Source: Ophelia neglecta
Lineage: Eukaryota
Direction: 5' to 3'
Assembly: GCA_965285935.1 (NCBI GenBank)
Contig: OZ260661.1
Span: 137,392,001-137,456,000, forward strand
Length of the DNA stretch: 64,000 bases
Shown here piece by piece: positions 25,401-37,300 of the stretch. Numbering within the stretch: position 1 is the first letter of the stretch; each line of letters opens with the position of its first letter. Under the pieces are notes generated by a model, which was not told the DNA's origin, did not search any database, and worked only from the letters and a program-made list of their open reading frames with translations. The position numbers were made by a program, and so were the translations under genes.

Positions 25401-25624
25401 GGTCCCGGTCTCTGCAATCGGTCTTAATTCTCATCTCGCATTAAAAGCAGAATTGATAGCTTTATTTGCTATTGTGGTTTCTGGAAGCCGGAATTAGTTT
25501 TAAAACCTAGCCAGTTGAGTCTTAAACTTACTCCAGACTAACAGAATAACGAAAAAAGAGGTCCCAGTTAATCGACAATAGGTTAATTTAATTCAAAACT
25601 GAAGACCGCTTTCAAGAAACTGGT
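25401..25624. mobile_element. Family 2 MITE, diverged
   Basis: GGTCCCGGTCTCTGCAATCGGTCTTAA...AAGACCGCTTTCAAGAAACTGG. Confidence 0.55.
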
Positions 25625-26530
25625 TAGTTCTTCCTCTGCTAAACCTAATAATTTATTTCGAACTTGGGTTAAACTTTTAAGGGGTTATATGTATATCATT
25701 GCCAATAACTCACAAGTTTCCTTAATTTGGGGGCATACCACTGTTATTAAAATTTACAATACGAATTATTCATTCAGCGTCAGATGGCACCACATAAGCT
25801 GTGTTAACATTGAAGTAAATGGTAGACTGAAGTCTCAATGTTCAGGCCTTTAGTCACCCATACACTACATCTAGAGCATGAAAAACATGTGTAGAGCGAC
25901 AGATAGCTAGGTAAGCAATTCATAGAGATTGATAACTACATCATTACTAATAGGATGACAATATATTTATCAAGTGTATCTGGCACGAGAACTGTTTAGA
26001 TATATTCATAATCTGATGATAACATTGTTACGCCTTAAATGATTAGATATTGCGCATACTTTTTGTATTCTTTTAATTCACAGGCAAAATGTCCAGTGTA
26101 AAAATGCTGGGGTTATTGAGATAGTGGTTTGGAAAGTTCACAATTCCAAGATGATTTACTCATTAATATAAACATAAGGTATTCCTCTTCCCACTTATTT
26201 TAGTTCAACAATGAACAATAGCGTTAATTTATTGATGTTGTGATATATTGGTCAGTCTACACGGGTCGGTATGAATAATGCCCAGATAAGTGTCTAATGT
26301 AAATTCATTTAAAACATAACTATAAGTAGAATATATAGGTGTTTAATGTTCATCCGTAAACCATTTCTTTCAAGCTGATCACATAAAGTCCTCTTCAATT
26401 CCAGCTTATCCATGTTGGATTATAATAATAATAAAATGAGAAAAGCGCACTGATGCCAGTTGCGACCATGCCTTTTATGGCAGTGTCAAACGGTGAGCTT
26501 AGATCCAATTGGTTAACGTACACATCATGA

Positions 26531-26596
26531 CAGTGGCGGATTCAGGGGGGGGGGGGGGGGGCAGGGGTCCCGCCTGCAATCCTGGATACGCCACTG
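26531..26596. mobile_element. Family 3 poly-G MITE (CAGTGGCGGAT TIR), minimal copy with 5-bp TSD
   Basis: CATGA|CAGTGGCGGATTCAGG(G)n...CCTGGATACGCCACTG|CATGA. Confidence 0.8.
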
Positions 26597-27105
26597 CATG
26601 ATAATAATTGCTGAGCCTATAGTTTAGTCTATCTGTTTTTTTTACAGTTGCAAGTTTGGCCCAGAAACCAATTATTCTGGTATATTTTACATTATTAGAA
26701 AGTTTCTCAATTTACCTTTAATACCGTATCACAGCAGGTATATTTAGTCAGTTTTATGGTGTATTTACAAAGATGGAGGTTCTAACGAGTGGTATATTGC
26801 CGTGGGGAAGTAGGGACGGGGCCCAGGGTCTCATGAGTGGTGAGCGGCAGGGGGGAAGGAGGTTGCTCATGCTCTCATGATTGGTGTACAGCAGGGGATG
26901 ATAGGGAAGCGGGCTCCCCAGGGGGTGTAAGGGGTGGGGGGGGGGGGGGGGGCGGGTGGGGAGAGGGTATAGGTGGAGGCGGATCAAGAAAACTCACTAG
27001 GGTAATTGAAAAGCGTCAGTACTTTCCCTAATATCCTAAATGATACCACCCACGACTGACCGGATAGGCCTGCTTTAATGGGTCCCCAACGACTAACATG
27101 TCAAA

Positions 27106-27290
27106 TACAGTGAAACCTGTCTAATCAGGTCAGTCAAGGGACAGGTAAATATACTGGCCACATTATGCAGGTGACCTTAATAGGCAGGCCAGTCAACACA
27201 GGCGTAAATGAAGATGGGGCGGTTATTTAGTGACCTTAGTGGGCAGTTGACCTTATTACAAAGGTGACCACAAACACAGGTTTCACTGTA
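27106..27290. mobile_element. Family 1-type MITE (different internal subfamily)
   Basis: Same TACAGTGAAACCTGT TIRs, but with internal GTGACC repeats rather than GTGGTC. Confidence 0.85.
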
Positions 27291-28115
27291 TATCTTAAAG
27301 TATAAGACACTTTAAGGTAAAATATCTATTTATTTGTTCTGTTGAAGCTAAAAGCTTCGTAAAAGCATATATATCTGTTTTTATTTTACAGCCCGCTGGC
27401 AGGTCGAACCGTGGCCTGCCGCATATTCCGTTGGGTTTTTTTTTTATAATGATATGACATGATATTTACTTAAATTCGTCGAATTGCAATAAAGAGGTCC
27501 TTAGTATAGTCTACTGTGTCAAACTACATGCCGTTCTTTCAAAATCTACATTAACCTTGGGTTGCTTATAAAAATATAATCGGAATTTTTTTTTATAACG
27601 CAAGTCGTGTTCTCCTCCAATCGTTACGGCTATACATGCTTGCAATCTGCATTAAGTAGTGTTGCTCAATTGTCTTCATCAAGCACGTGTCCGTTTTTGA
27701 AAAAGTAATAGGCCTACATTATTTCCGCCGCCCTTCTCGTCCTTTGTGGGTATTGGCTATAATATGATAGGAAATTATTATCATACTACCGTCGAAGCGG
27801 CATATTCGAGCCTAGATTTCAAAATAATGAAGAAATGATGATTTCTATAGAGTAGCTGCCGTACTGTATTAAGTATATCAAATGAATATTTGGGTAAAAA
27901 TGCACAAAAGACGAGGAACATATTGAACGACAGAATTGTATGTACACCCCATTTATAAAACTGCCAGGTCAAAGGAACACGACGTCTGCTATTACGTTTC
28001 AGTGCTGACACATAGCGAGTGTGTTATTAACAACTATTAAACACTACTGTTAAACAGACACGTCAAGTTATAACTAAATAGATATAACTCCTTTCTGATC
28101 GTACTCGGCTCTGAC

Positions 28116-28625
28116 CAGGGGTGGATCAAGGGGGGGGGGGGGGGGGGCTACAGATTTTTTAAAAATCTCCGAACAAGCCAAAACATAGGCAACTAGACGT
28201 GGGCCTATGTATGTGATTTCTGTGGCCCTCCCCCCGCGTTTCAATTCCTCCACATGGAGTGTTCCTGTGCCACGTTTCGGATGTCTATGGAGTTTGCATA
28301 CGGATTCGTCTCAAGAATCAACACAACACTAGGGCAAGGACATGTGTAAAACCCATTGTTATTTACGGACTTAAAAGTCCCCAACCTTCCAGAACTCAAT
28401 CCCTGGTTTAATACGTCCGCCGGTCCCAAAATACTGGTATATTTCGTCGCCAGGCAGGGGCGGATCCTGAAATTTCCAGGGAGGGGGGGGGGGGTGGCAC
28501 TCCATGTGGAGGAATTGAAAGTGGGGGGAGGGGGGGGGTGCCAACAGAAGTTACATACATAATTCTAGTTTCCTATGTTGTGGGCGCCTGTTGGGGTAGG
28601 GGGAGGGGAGGGGCAGGCCCCCTTA
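28116..28625. mobile_element. Two family 3 poly-G MITE copies in inverted orientation
   Basis: 28116-28261 contains TCAATTCCTCCACATGGAGTG. 28455-28625 contains its reverse complement CACTCCATGTGGAGGAATTGA. Both match the element at 36092. Confidence 0.7.
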
Positions 28626-28749
28626 AAAATATTGTTTACTCTACCAATGTATATTCCTTGTCTGTATATTTTCTAGTTTTATAAACCAATTTCATCTTTA
28701 TTATAAAACATCTACATAGCCAGTTCTTCATAGAGGACGATCGTATTTC

Positions 28750-28784
28750 CTTTAGTTTAGTTTAGTTTAGTTTAGTTAAGTTTA
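28750..28784 (+). repeat. (TTTAG)n microsatellite
   Basis: tttagtttagtttagtttagtttagttaagttta. Confidence 0.85.
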
Positions 28785-29105
28785 TTCACTGTAAACAACA
28801 AAAATACAAGTATACTATAAAATGATATTGCACATATATATGCATGACTAAATACTTGGCTGTCGTGCGCGTGTCAAACAGCGCCACAGGTGTTCCATCT
28901 GAACGCAACGGCACACGCCTAAAAAATAACGATGAGTCAAGTAGTGCATAATGCTCCCATAGTATTACGTACTAATGAATGATAAATTATATACATTGAA
29001 TGTGACATTTTCCTCAAACAGCTTAGTCACCGTTGGTGCTGTATATAGGCCTATCCTAAGCCTAACGGTGGCAATAGACACAATAATGTCAACATTAAAA
29101 GTATG

Positions 29106-29299
29106 TACAGTGAAACCCGACTTAAAGACCACCTCTATAATCAGACCACCTGTCAATTAAGACCACTTATATGAGGACCATGCTGTATACTTTCAACGTT
29201 AAATAACCTGTAACAGAATACAAAATAACAGACCACCTCCAAAATCAGACCAGTATTTTCCAGTCCCTTGGGTGGTCTTAATTCACAGGTTTCACTGTA
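29106..29299. mobile_element. Family 1 MITE
   Basis: TACAGTGAAACC...CAGGTTTCACTGTA; internal sequence matches the 10958 copy. Confidence 0.88.
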
Positions 29300-32200
29300 T
29301 GTTTACATTGATCTAAGAGGAGCAAACAATGGCCGACTAATTAACCAAAAACAAAATATTTGGCATCCAACAAGGTTGGGATTCTGTTCTACATGAAAGC
29401 TATGAATTGACTTCATTTGTCAAAACTAAAATAGCATTATGATCGGGCAATAGCCAGAACAAGTCATTTTAGCTATCATAGGTTCCCGTGTTATAATTAG
29501 TTATACTATTAACGTTAACCCAGCGAACAATGTGTTCATTGAATGTGCTTTAGCGCGAACCAACCCACGGTAAGAAAGCTGCGGCGGGAAAAGAAGACAC
29601 CACAGCTTACACATTTATAGTGCCTCATCCGAATTCATGTATTTGCTTGAAGTTAACTTCTAAGATTAACTTTAAAGACGAATCAAAACATAGAAATAAA
29701 CTGCTTTATTTCTTAAATTGGACCCTGGAAGAAGCATAGCACTCCGTCGACACTGGTTCCTCTGTCTGAGGGCTCCATTTTCCATTTTAAAGTAGCAATA
29801 GTATTAGACAAACTCCGCTCTTCTCTGATATTGATGAGTATTCCTAGGGGCTTGTGGAAAAAAAAACCAGCCCAAACTGAAATAATCACTAATATTCCGA
29901 TAATTAATGACCTTCCGCCTGAAGATAGTTAATGCTCTTATGTTGTTCAATTTTCGAGCGAAGGCTTTTTGATATAGCATCTATACTGATACAGCATGTG
30001 GTGTGAAAATTCAGATAACACATTCTTTAGAAAAAGAACAATTAAGTTGTGAAAACTTTTTTGGTAAAGTACCTTCATGTTTTTTTGGCAATTTTATTAT
30101 GAATTTTAAAGCAACAGTACTAGTATTTATAAGTATAAAGACGGCCTGATAGAAGACGTAAAACGTGTAAAACGGCGAAATAACAAACATGTGACCTAAT
30201 GTAGTGAATTTTGTCAGTTAAATGATTTTATTAGAAAATCTTTATAAAATAACATAAATAGGCGGTATTTGTTAGAGACATAACGAACGAAACAAACGAC
30301 TTTACAAGTCGACCGTTATCACGGCCGTACAGTATGGGCCAAGCTAGGCGGACATTATTTCAGCCACAATTTAACTTGATAAATATCTTTTGAAACGCTG
30401 TTTCTTAATTGTCACTTCCCAGGACAAAACGAGCATACTCTCTAATTTTTCAGCAGTTATTTCGCGGAGTAAGACAGTGACAAAGGAGCGTGGCTGCAGG
30501 ATAAAATGGCGGCCGGGCTTTCTTGCCTACCAAATTGCCCCAGCATGCAGCGCGGTCTTTCGTTTCTCGTCAGATGGCGCTAACATCAATGCGCTATAGA
30601 AAAAGGACTATGCACACAAACGAAGTGCCACGTTTTGTTGGTAGGGTAAAATCGCGCATCGTTTTATCACGCGCAAATACAGGCTAATACCGCGCAAGAT
30701 ATATAGGCTTATCCTGCGCGCAGTATATAAAGGCACGCCGTTTCGTACAGCAAGTAGCCTTATTTCCCCGTAATTAAATACTGGCCACCGATGTCAAAGA
30801 CCATCTTTGATAAGCTCGACGAGTGTTTCACAGTCAAATTGGTATACTTATCATTAGCTACACGCGCGAATTTACCTGCTATTTTGCCATGTTATTCACC
30901 AAGACGCTGACATGGCTTCAAGTGTTATTTGTAAATATCCGTCAAGTGTATAGGCAAAAATCTATATGCACTAGAAATGTATATAATGTGTTATTGAAGA
31001 AGATACCAATGAGCATTAAAACCTCATTATCATGTTTGTTTTTATGGTACCAGCATATAAAAATTCCAAGCATATATTTTGTATTCATGAATCAATAACA
31101 CAATGTTGTCAGTCATGAATTTAGCTATATATGGACTGCGTGACCTAAGATTCGGGGCCATGTCCCCACCCAAATCGTTCATGAAGGGGTAAGGGTTGGG
31201 CGAAATAAAATAGGTTAAGGTGAACCGGGCGGATACTTTCCAACTTGAAAAACAGATATTTTTGATATCAGCTGTTAGTTAAATGATGTTGCATATTTAT
31301 TAGTTCCAATAGGAAGCAGGACGTTATATATAATTTGCGAAATAATTGTGACCGAGTGATTTATAATAATCAAAGCATATCCAGGATTTGGCACCGGAAT
31401 TATGGTAGCCATTTTAGTCCAATAGGAGTTCGCAGACGTATGACCGACAATCACTATTTCTACTTGTGTCACCATAGATCTTTAAAGTCCCTGCCACCTA
31501 CCGGATATTGATAGACAACGAAAAATCTTTCCGAAAACCAACGCTCTTCGGCCACATATTAGCGGGCATTCTGTATCAGTAGTGTGCACAAGGGTAAGTG
31601 TCATCGTTTTGTATCTTATTTTATATTTTGTTGTTCAATGTGAAATCCCTTCGAAATTTTTGATTTTTTTTGCGAGAAAACACAACTGATGGACATGCAG
31701 AATTCAGAGGGCGCTGATATTCAATTATAAGGTGAAGATTTGATTCTGCAAACTGCATTAGTGATTATCAAAGTCACTATCTGATAGTAGACACCGACAC
31801 TAACACTCAAGGCTGTGTCGCTGCTTAAAAATAGTTCATCTAGATTCCCATGAAAATGCCCTCTCACTTCCATTCCAAAAAAGCCACCGAATGTCGCGAA
31901 TCTATATCTTTCCTTGGGCTCCCATTTTTAGCCCTTTGGCTTGCCGCTACTCAATGAAATAAGGTATAACTTTATAACTTTCAAAAATACTTACTACATG
32001 TTCAAGATTTGAGTTTTAAGAGTTACAACTCTGGAAAGTGAATAGTTTGATTGTAAGAAAAGAAAGAAGTTTTCGCCAAAATTAAACTATTGTTATTATA
32101 TGGGATCTCCATTTGGCATAGGTGCATGTGAGTGCCCGGTGTTATCGCTCAGTTAAATGTATGAACGTTTAATGTCATTGCGGAAAAAGTTAGTCATGTG

Positions 32201-33439
32201 CTAATGCTGGGACATAGTAATCTAGATTCTTATATCTCAGGCTCTCGGTACGATATTAATCTTCTGAATATTCAACGCAAATTGGATAAGGGTGAACTTG
32301 TAACTTTATCTATTTTCATTTATCATTACATGTACAACCCTAAATTTGACTGCTCATTAAAAACATTGATATCTAGGTAGACAGGTATAGTAAGAAAACA
32401 AGAAGTTGCCTACGTCTATTATACCACATGACGATTTCATATTAGCATGCGATTTTGATAATTCCTCCAGTGGTTTGACAGTGGTTTTCAAACACCGATA
32501 TTCAATCTTCTGATATACAATATAATATAAAAACAATTTAAATTGGTAGATCTTTAATTGCTCTCTGTACAGAGCTTTTATAACTGGTTGATAGTTTTTG
32601 CTCACTAAACTTTTGTTTGATTCTTAATGCTCCGTTTTTTTATGATTAAATCGCCAATGCAATGTGCCCATTTTGGGCTTATTTCGCCTCTTTAACCGTA
32701 TAAAACACATCGTTCAAAAGAAGTAAGCTAAACCAAATTAAATTTATTAATTTAATACTGAGGTTATTTTTAACCGTTCGCGTTTTTATTGAGCGCATTA
32801 AATTATCATAACAGTCAAAACCATTTTGAGGTAAAAGTGCTACTATACGTTTAAATTCGCTCTCTAAAAATGATGAACAACTGGAAGGCAGATTAACACT
32901 GATCGATAAGCACAATTAGTCAACAAACTGGGCGTATTTTGGCAAAAATAGACTACTTTTAAACTTGTTTTATCAGTATTTTATCTTTATCAAGAAGACA
33001 CATACCTTAACATTGACCTCGGTGAGATTACTTAATGCTATGCGACAACCCTAGTTGAAACAAATTAGCCCTTAAGGCCAGTTTTCAAAAACTGGCGAAA
33101 TTTCCCCTTGAACTTATAGATAATCGTTCTCTGCTTGGAGCACCATATGTATTAGGCCTATATGTAGCGACTAACTAAAATAACATTTTGCTTTAATATC
33201 AGGGCCACCCTTACATTACAAAGTCCACAAAGAAGCAATCTTAAAGCCTTACTCGTTGTGGGATTCAACACTGTCGAAAATCACGTGCGACCACGGCACA
33301 CCTGCACCTGTCGTAATTTCACCTAGCGCCTACTAGATCCTTTGGGTTCCCCCCCCCCCCCCACCCCGACCAAGAAAATCATATACATCAGAATTAAACT
33401 TATATCATTATATCATTACGGCCTGGTCAGCGCTATGTA

Positions 33440-33619
33440 TTCAGTGAAACCTGACAATAATGTACAGCCAAGGGACTGGGAAATCTGTCCTCTTTTCTCA
33501 GTTGCCCTTATTTCACAGGTAACTTTACATGTAAAGTATTACAACTGTACTAAAAAGAATTTCCTTCATAGTCAGTGTGTCCCTAATGTCAGGTGTCCTT
33601 TAGGCCAGGTTTTACTGTA
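33440..33619. mobile_element. Family 1-type MITE (diverged subfamily)
   Basis: CAGTGAAACCTG...CAGGTTTTACTGTA; internal CCAAGGGACTGG and GTGTCC repeats. Confidence 0.7.
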
Positions 33620-34338
33620 TACGTAGTAGGGTTAAACCAGCGAACAACAGGTGTATCACTACGCTGAAATGGATAATATACTAAAAATTGATAATATCAT
33701 AAACTAGATAACCATCAGACTATTAAACACATTTCAGAATGCAGCATTTGATTTTTTCGTAGCAATTAAATTTTATTCTGCTCCCAATGACATTTCTTTA
33801 TATATATAATTAAAAATGAACATAACTGTTTTTATGTGTAAGGGTTGTCACATCAATAACACATTAAACGTCTAATGATGCGGGCTTTTTCCTGCCTTTT
33901 AGAAAGAAAAAAAGCGATTGTTGATAGACTAAGTAGTAAAACAAATCGATTTACCCTTAATTAATAAGGCTGACATTGCTCTGGTGATTTATGTGGAGTG
34001 CTAAACAATAACTTGTCTATACCTGATAATATTTAATATACAACCTGATAACACAGCTGCATTGGGGAATCGCAAAAATGATGTTCATGTTTTCTTGGTT
34101 AGGCGTAGAGATAGACTATATTTAGGCTGTACGAATAACCTTAAACCTGGCGCTGACACACCCCAATACCTGTTCTTTTCGTACCAGTGTGTCTCGTTTT
34201 TCCATTGTTCTTCGTATTAGGATTTACAATATGCCTATCAGTGAGTTTTTAAAGCGTTCAGGACATATGCACGGATTGATTTAAATTTTTTCCGATAGTA
34301 CTATTATAAATTAAACGTTGTTTTCCTTTCTAGCTACC

Positions 34339-37300
34339 ATGTCATCAGGGCGAGGATATGCCTTGTCCAGGTATAAACCTCGATACAGTTCAAACTACGC
34401 CCCTGAATACGAGCCAAGATACAACACTGGATTTAAATCCCAGTACGAATCAACGTACGAGCCAACCTACCGCGACATCTATGACCGGGCCCCCGCACTA
34501 CGGCACTCACATAGCCCGCACTATCCAACCTATGATTACAGGTAAGCTTCTTTAAGACGGTTTTATCAAATGAAAAAAACAACTCCGATGTTTTGGGCCT
34601 TTGATTAAATTTTGAGGAGCTGAGACTTGGCGGAGGTACACACCATAAGATAATGACTCAATATTACACTTGTATAACCGTTAACTCTCAGCCTAATTCT
34701 ATGTTTAAAGAACCTCAAACTGAGCCTTAAATAAACCTTTAGAAAATAGGCTTCATGCCCTCCAATACGTGGCCATGGCCTCCGCCGCCGTCTAACCTCC
34801 GCGCCTTCGGGCCTCCGCGCTTATTACACGGTTTGCTATAAAAAATTTAATCAGTACCCCTTGTGCTTGTTAAACAGCCCGGCTATTTCGTATTAAGTTC
34901 CCCCGCCTGTTATGCCGATTTTTTTGGCAAATTCTTATTTTGATACATTGTACAGCTTAACTCATATCAGACAGAGGTAGACTTCAGCGTTTCTTCTGTA
35001 TAAATATAGCTCTATGCGCTGAGAATGAATATTTTCCGACAAGTTAGTTTGTTAACACAATTCATCAGTTTCAGATTTACAGTTAATACGGTGAAGTGCA
35101 CGAACTGAAATGTTAATACCGTAAAATGCCGTGTTTTGACACATGGTCTGCTCGTTTGTGGCCAGTGAAATGTCGGGTAATTTCGGAATGGTTCAATTCC
35201 GCGCAGTAAATAAACTTATGTGCGCGGAGTTACCCTGAATACTGTATACAAGTAAACGATAGGGAAATACAGTGGCGTATTCAGGGGTGGGGGGGGGGGA
35301 GGGGGTGACAGCCGCCCCCCCCCTTTTTTGCTAAAAGGTGGGTCCGGACCAAGACCTATCTCTGGACCCACGCAAGGTGGTTTCAGAGGGTTGGTAGCGG
35401 AGACAATCCAGACGTTTGCCAAATGTAGACACATTTGTTGGAAACAAATCATAGGTCATGACAGCCTCGGAAAATTTTGCCCCCGCTCCCCTTCCTGAAA
35501 TCCTGGATACGCCACTGAAAATGCATGCCTTTTCAATGTGCGGGGAATAAGTCCACTAACAACGCGAAATATGCCTACTTTCTGCGCGGTGTTAGCCGAC
35601 TTCCTGCGTGGAGTTAGACGGCTTTCAGCCGGAATAAACACATGCCCGATGTTACCCGCTTTACGCATATAATGATTAAAATGATTATTACTTAGAAAGT
35701 CCAAAAATAATAGTAATTAAATTATACGGCAATGTTTGATTATTCGTACCACATACCCGTTGGCTGTTGTCTGGCAAACAGTCGATTGCAGGAAAACACG
35801 CAAAACACACTTATTTAGAGTTGCGTCCAATCTGTGATCGATCTTTCCAGTCATGAGCAGCTAATATGTTTTCATAATTCGAATCACAAAGGCAGATATC
35901 TGCCAAACACTTGTTTTGCAGTTACACGAGTCATAAACAAGTCAATGTGCGTCTCATTCATTTTCAGCCGGAATAAACACATCCCCGATGTTACCCGCTT
36001 TACACATATAATGATTAAAATGATTATTACTTAGAAAGTCCAAAAATGATAGTAATTAAATTATACGGCAATGTTTGATTAGCGGTTGTCTCAGGGGCGG
36101 ATCCAGGAATGTCCAGGGGGGGGGGGGGCACTCCATGTGGAGGAATTGAGCGGGGGAGGGGGGTGGCCACAGAAGTTACATACGTACGTCTAGTTGCCTA
36201 TGTTTTGGGCGCCTAGATGGCTTGTTCAGAGTTTGAAACAAATTTGGTAGGGGGGATGGGGGAGGGGGCACCCCCTGGATACGCGCCTGTGTCTGGCAAA
36301 CAGTCGATTGCAGGAAAACACTCAAAACGCAATTATTTAGATTTGCGTACAATCTGTGATCGATCTTTCCTGTCATGAGCAGCTATTATGTTTTCATAAT
36401 TCGAATCACAAAGGCAGATATCTGCCAAACACTTGCTTTGCAGTTACACGAATCATAAACAAGGCAATGTGCATCTCATTGTAAATATAAAATCACCATC
36501 TTTCATATAACTTAACTCTCTTTATTCACAACAGTTCGCCGAGAATAGTTGAAGGTGAACCAATATATCTGCGCGGAGAAGGAGGGCGTGGCCAGTGGTT
36601 TGGAAATTGTGGCCAGTGGTTTGGAAATTGTGGCCGATCGTCAAGGTATATCTTCATCTCTCGCTCACAGAGGGGAAGCATATCTTCCTTCTATTTCCTT
36701 CATTGAATATTTCTTAGTTAAGAAAAAATGACTCCCCCCCAAAAAAAAAGGAACAACTGTGAATCAATTGGACACAGACTAATGTTGTCCTCTATGTTTC
36801 CACGTCTGATCTAATACTATTTATACAAATAAAAAATATATATACACAGTGAAACCTGTGAATTAGCACCACCAAAGGGACTGGAAAATACTGCTCTGAT
36901 TATAGAGGTGGTCTGTTGAGACAGATTAATTACTATTGAAAGTTTACATTTGGTCGTTGTATTAGTGGTCGAAATTGGCAGGTGGTCCGATTATAGAGGC
37001 GGTCTTTAAGGCAAGTTTCACTGTATATATTTATATATAAATATAGGAAATTTATGTTGTGAAACATAGAATTATGTATGATTGATTGATAATCAGTAGG
37101 TATTACGGTAGAAGACTACCCACAAGTGATTATCGTAATATTTCGGATTATATGGAAAATTCTGAAACTTTTAAGGAATAATCATCTTATTTTTTTGGTT
37201 TAAAACTACAATAAAATACGCTGAAAAGTATAGAATTAATTTAAACCCTATCTTTATAAGTACGAGTCAACATTCACAGAGTGTGCTTAATTCATACTAC

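Noticed and set aside
31840-33110. Possible larger non-autonomous transposon
   Set aside because: The composition looks repeat-like, but I could not identify matching termini or a TSD.
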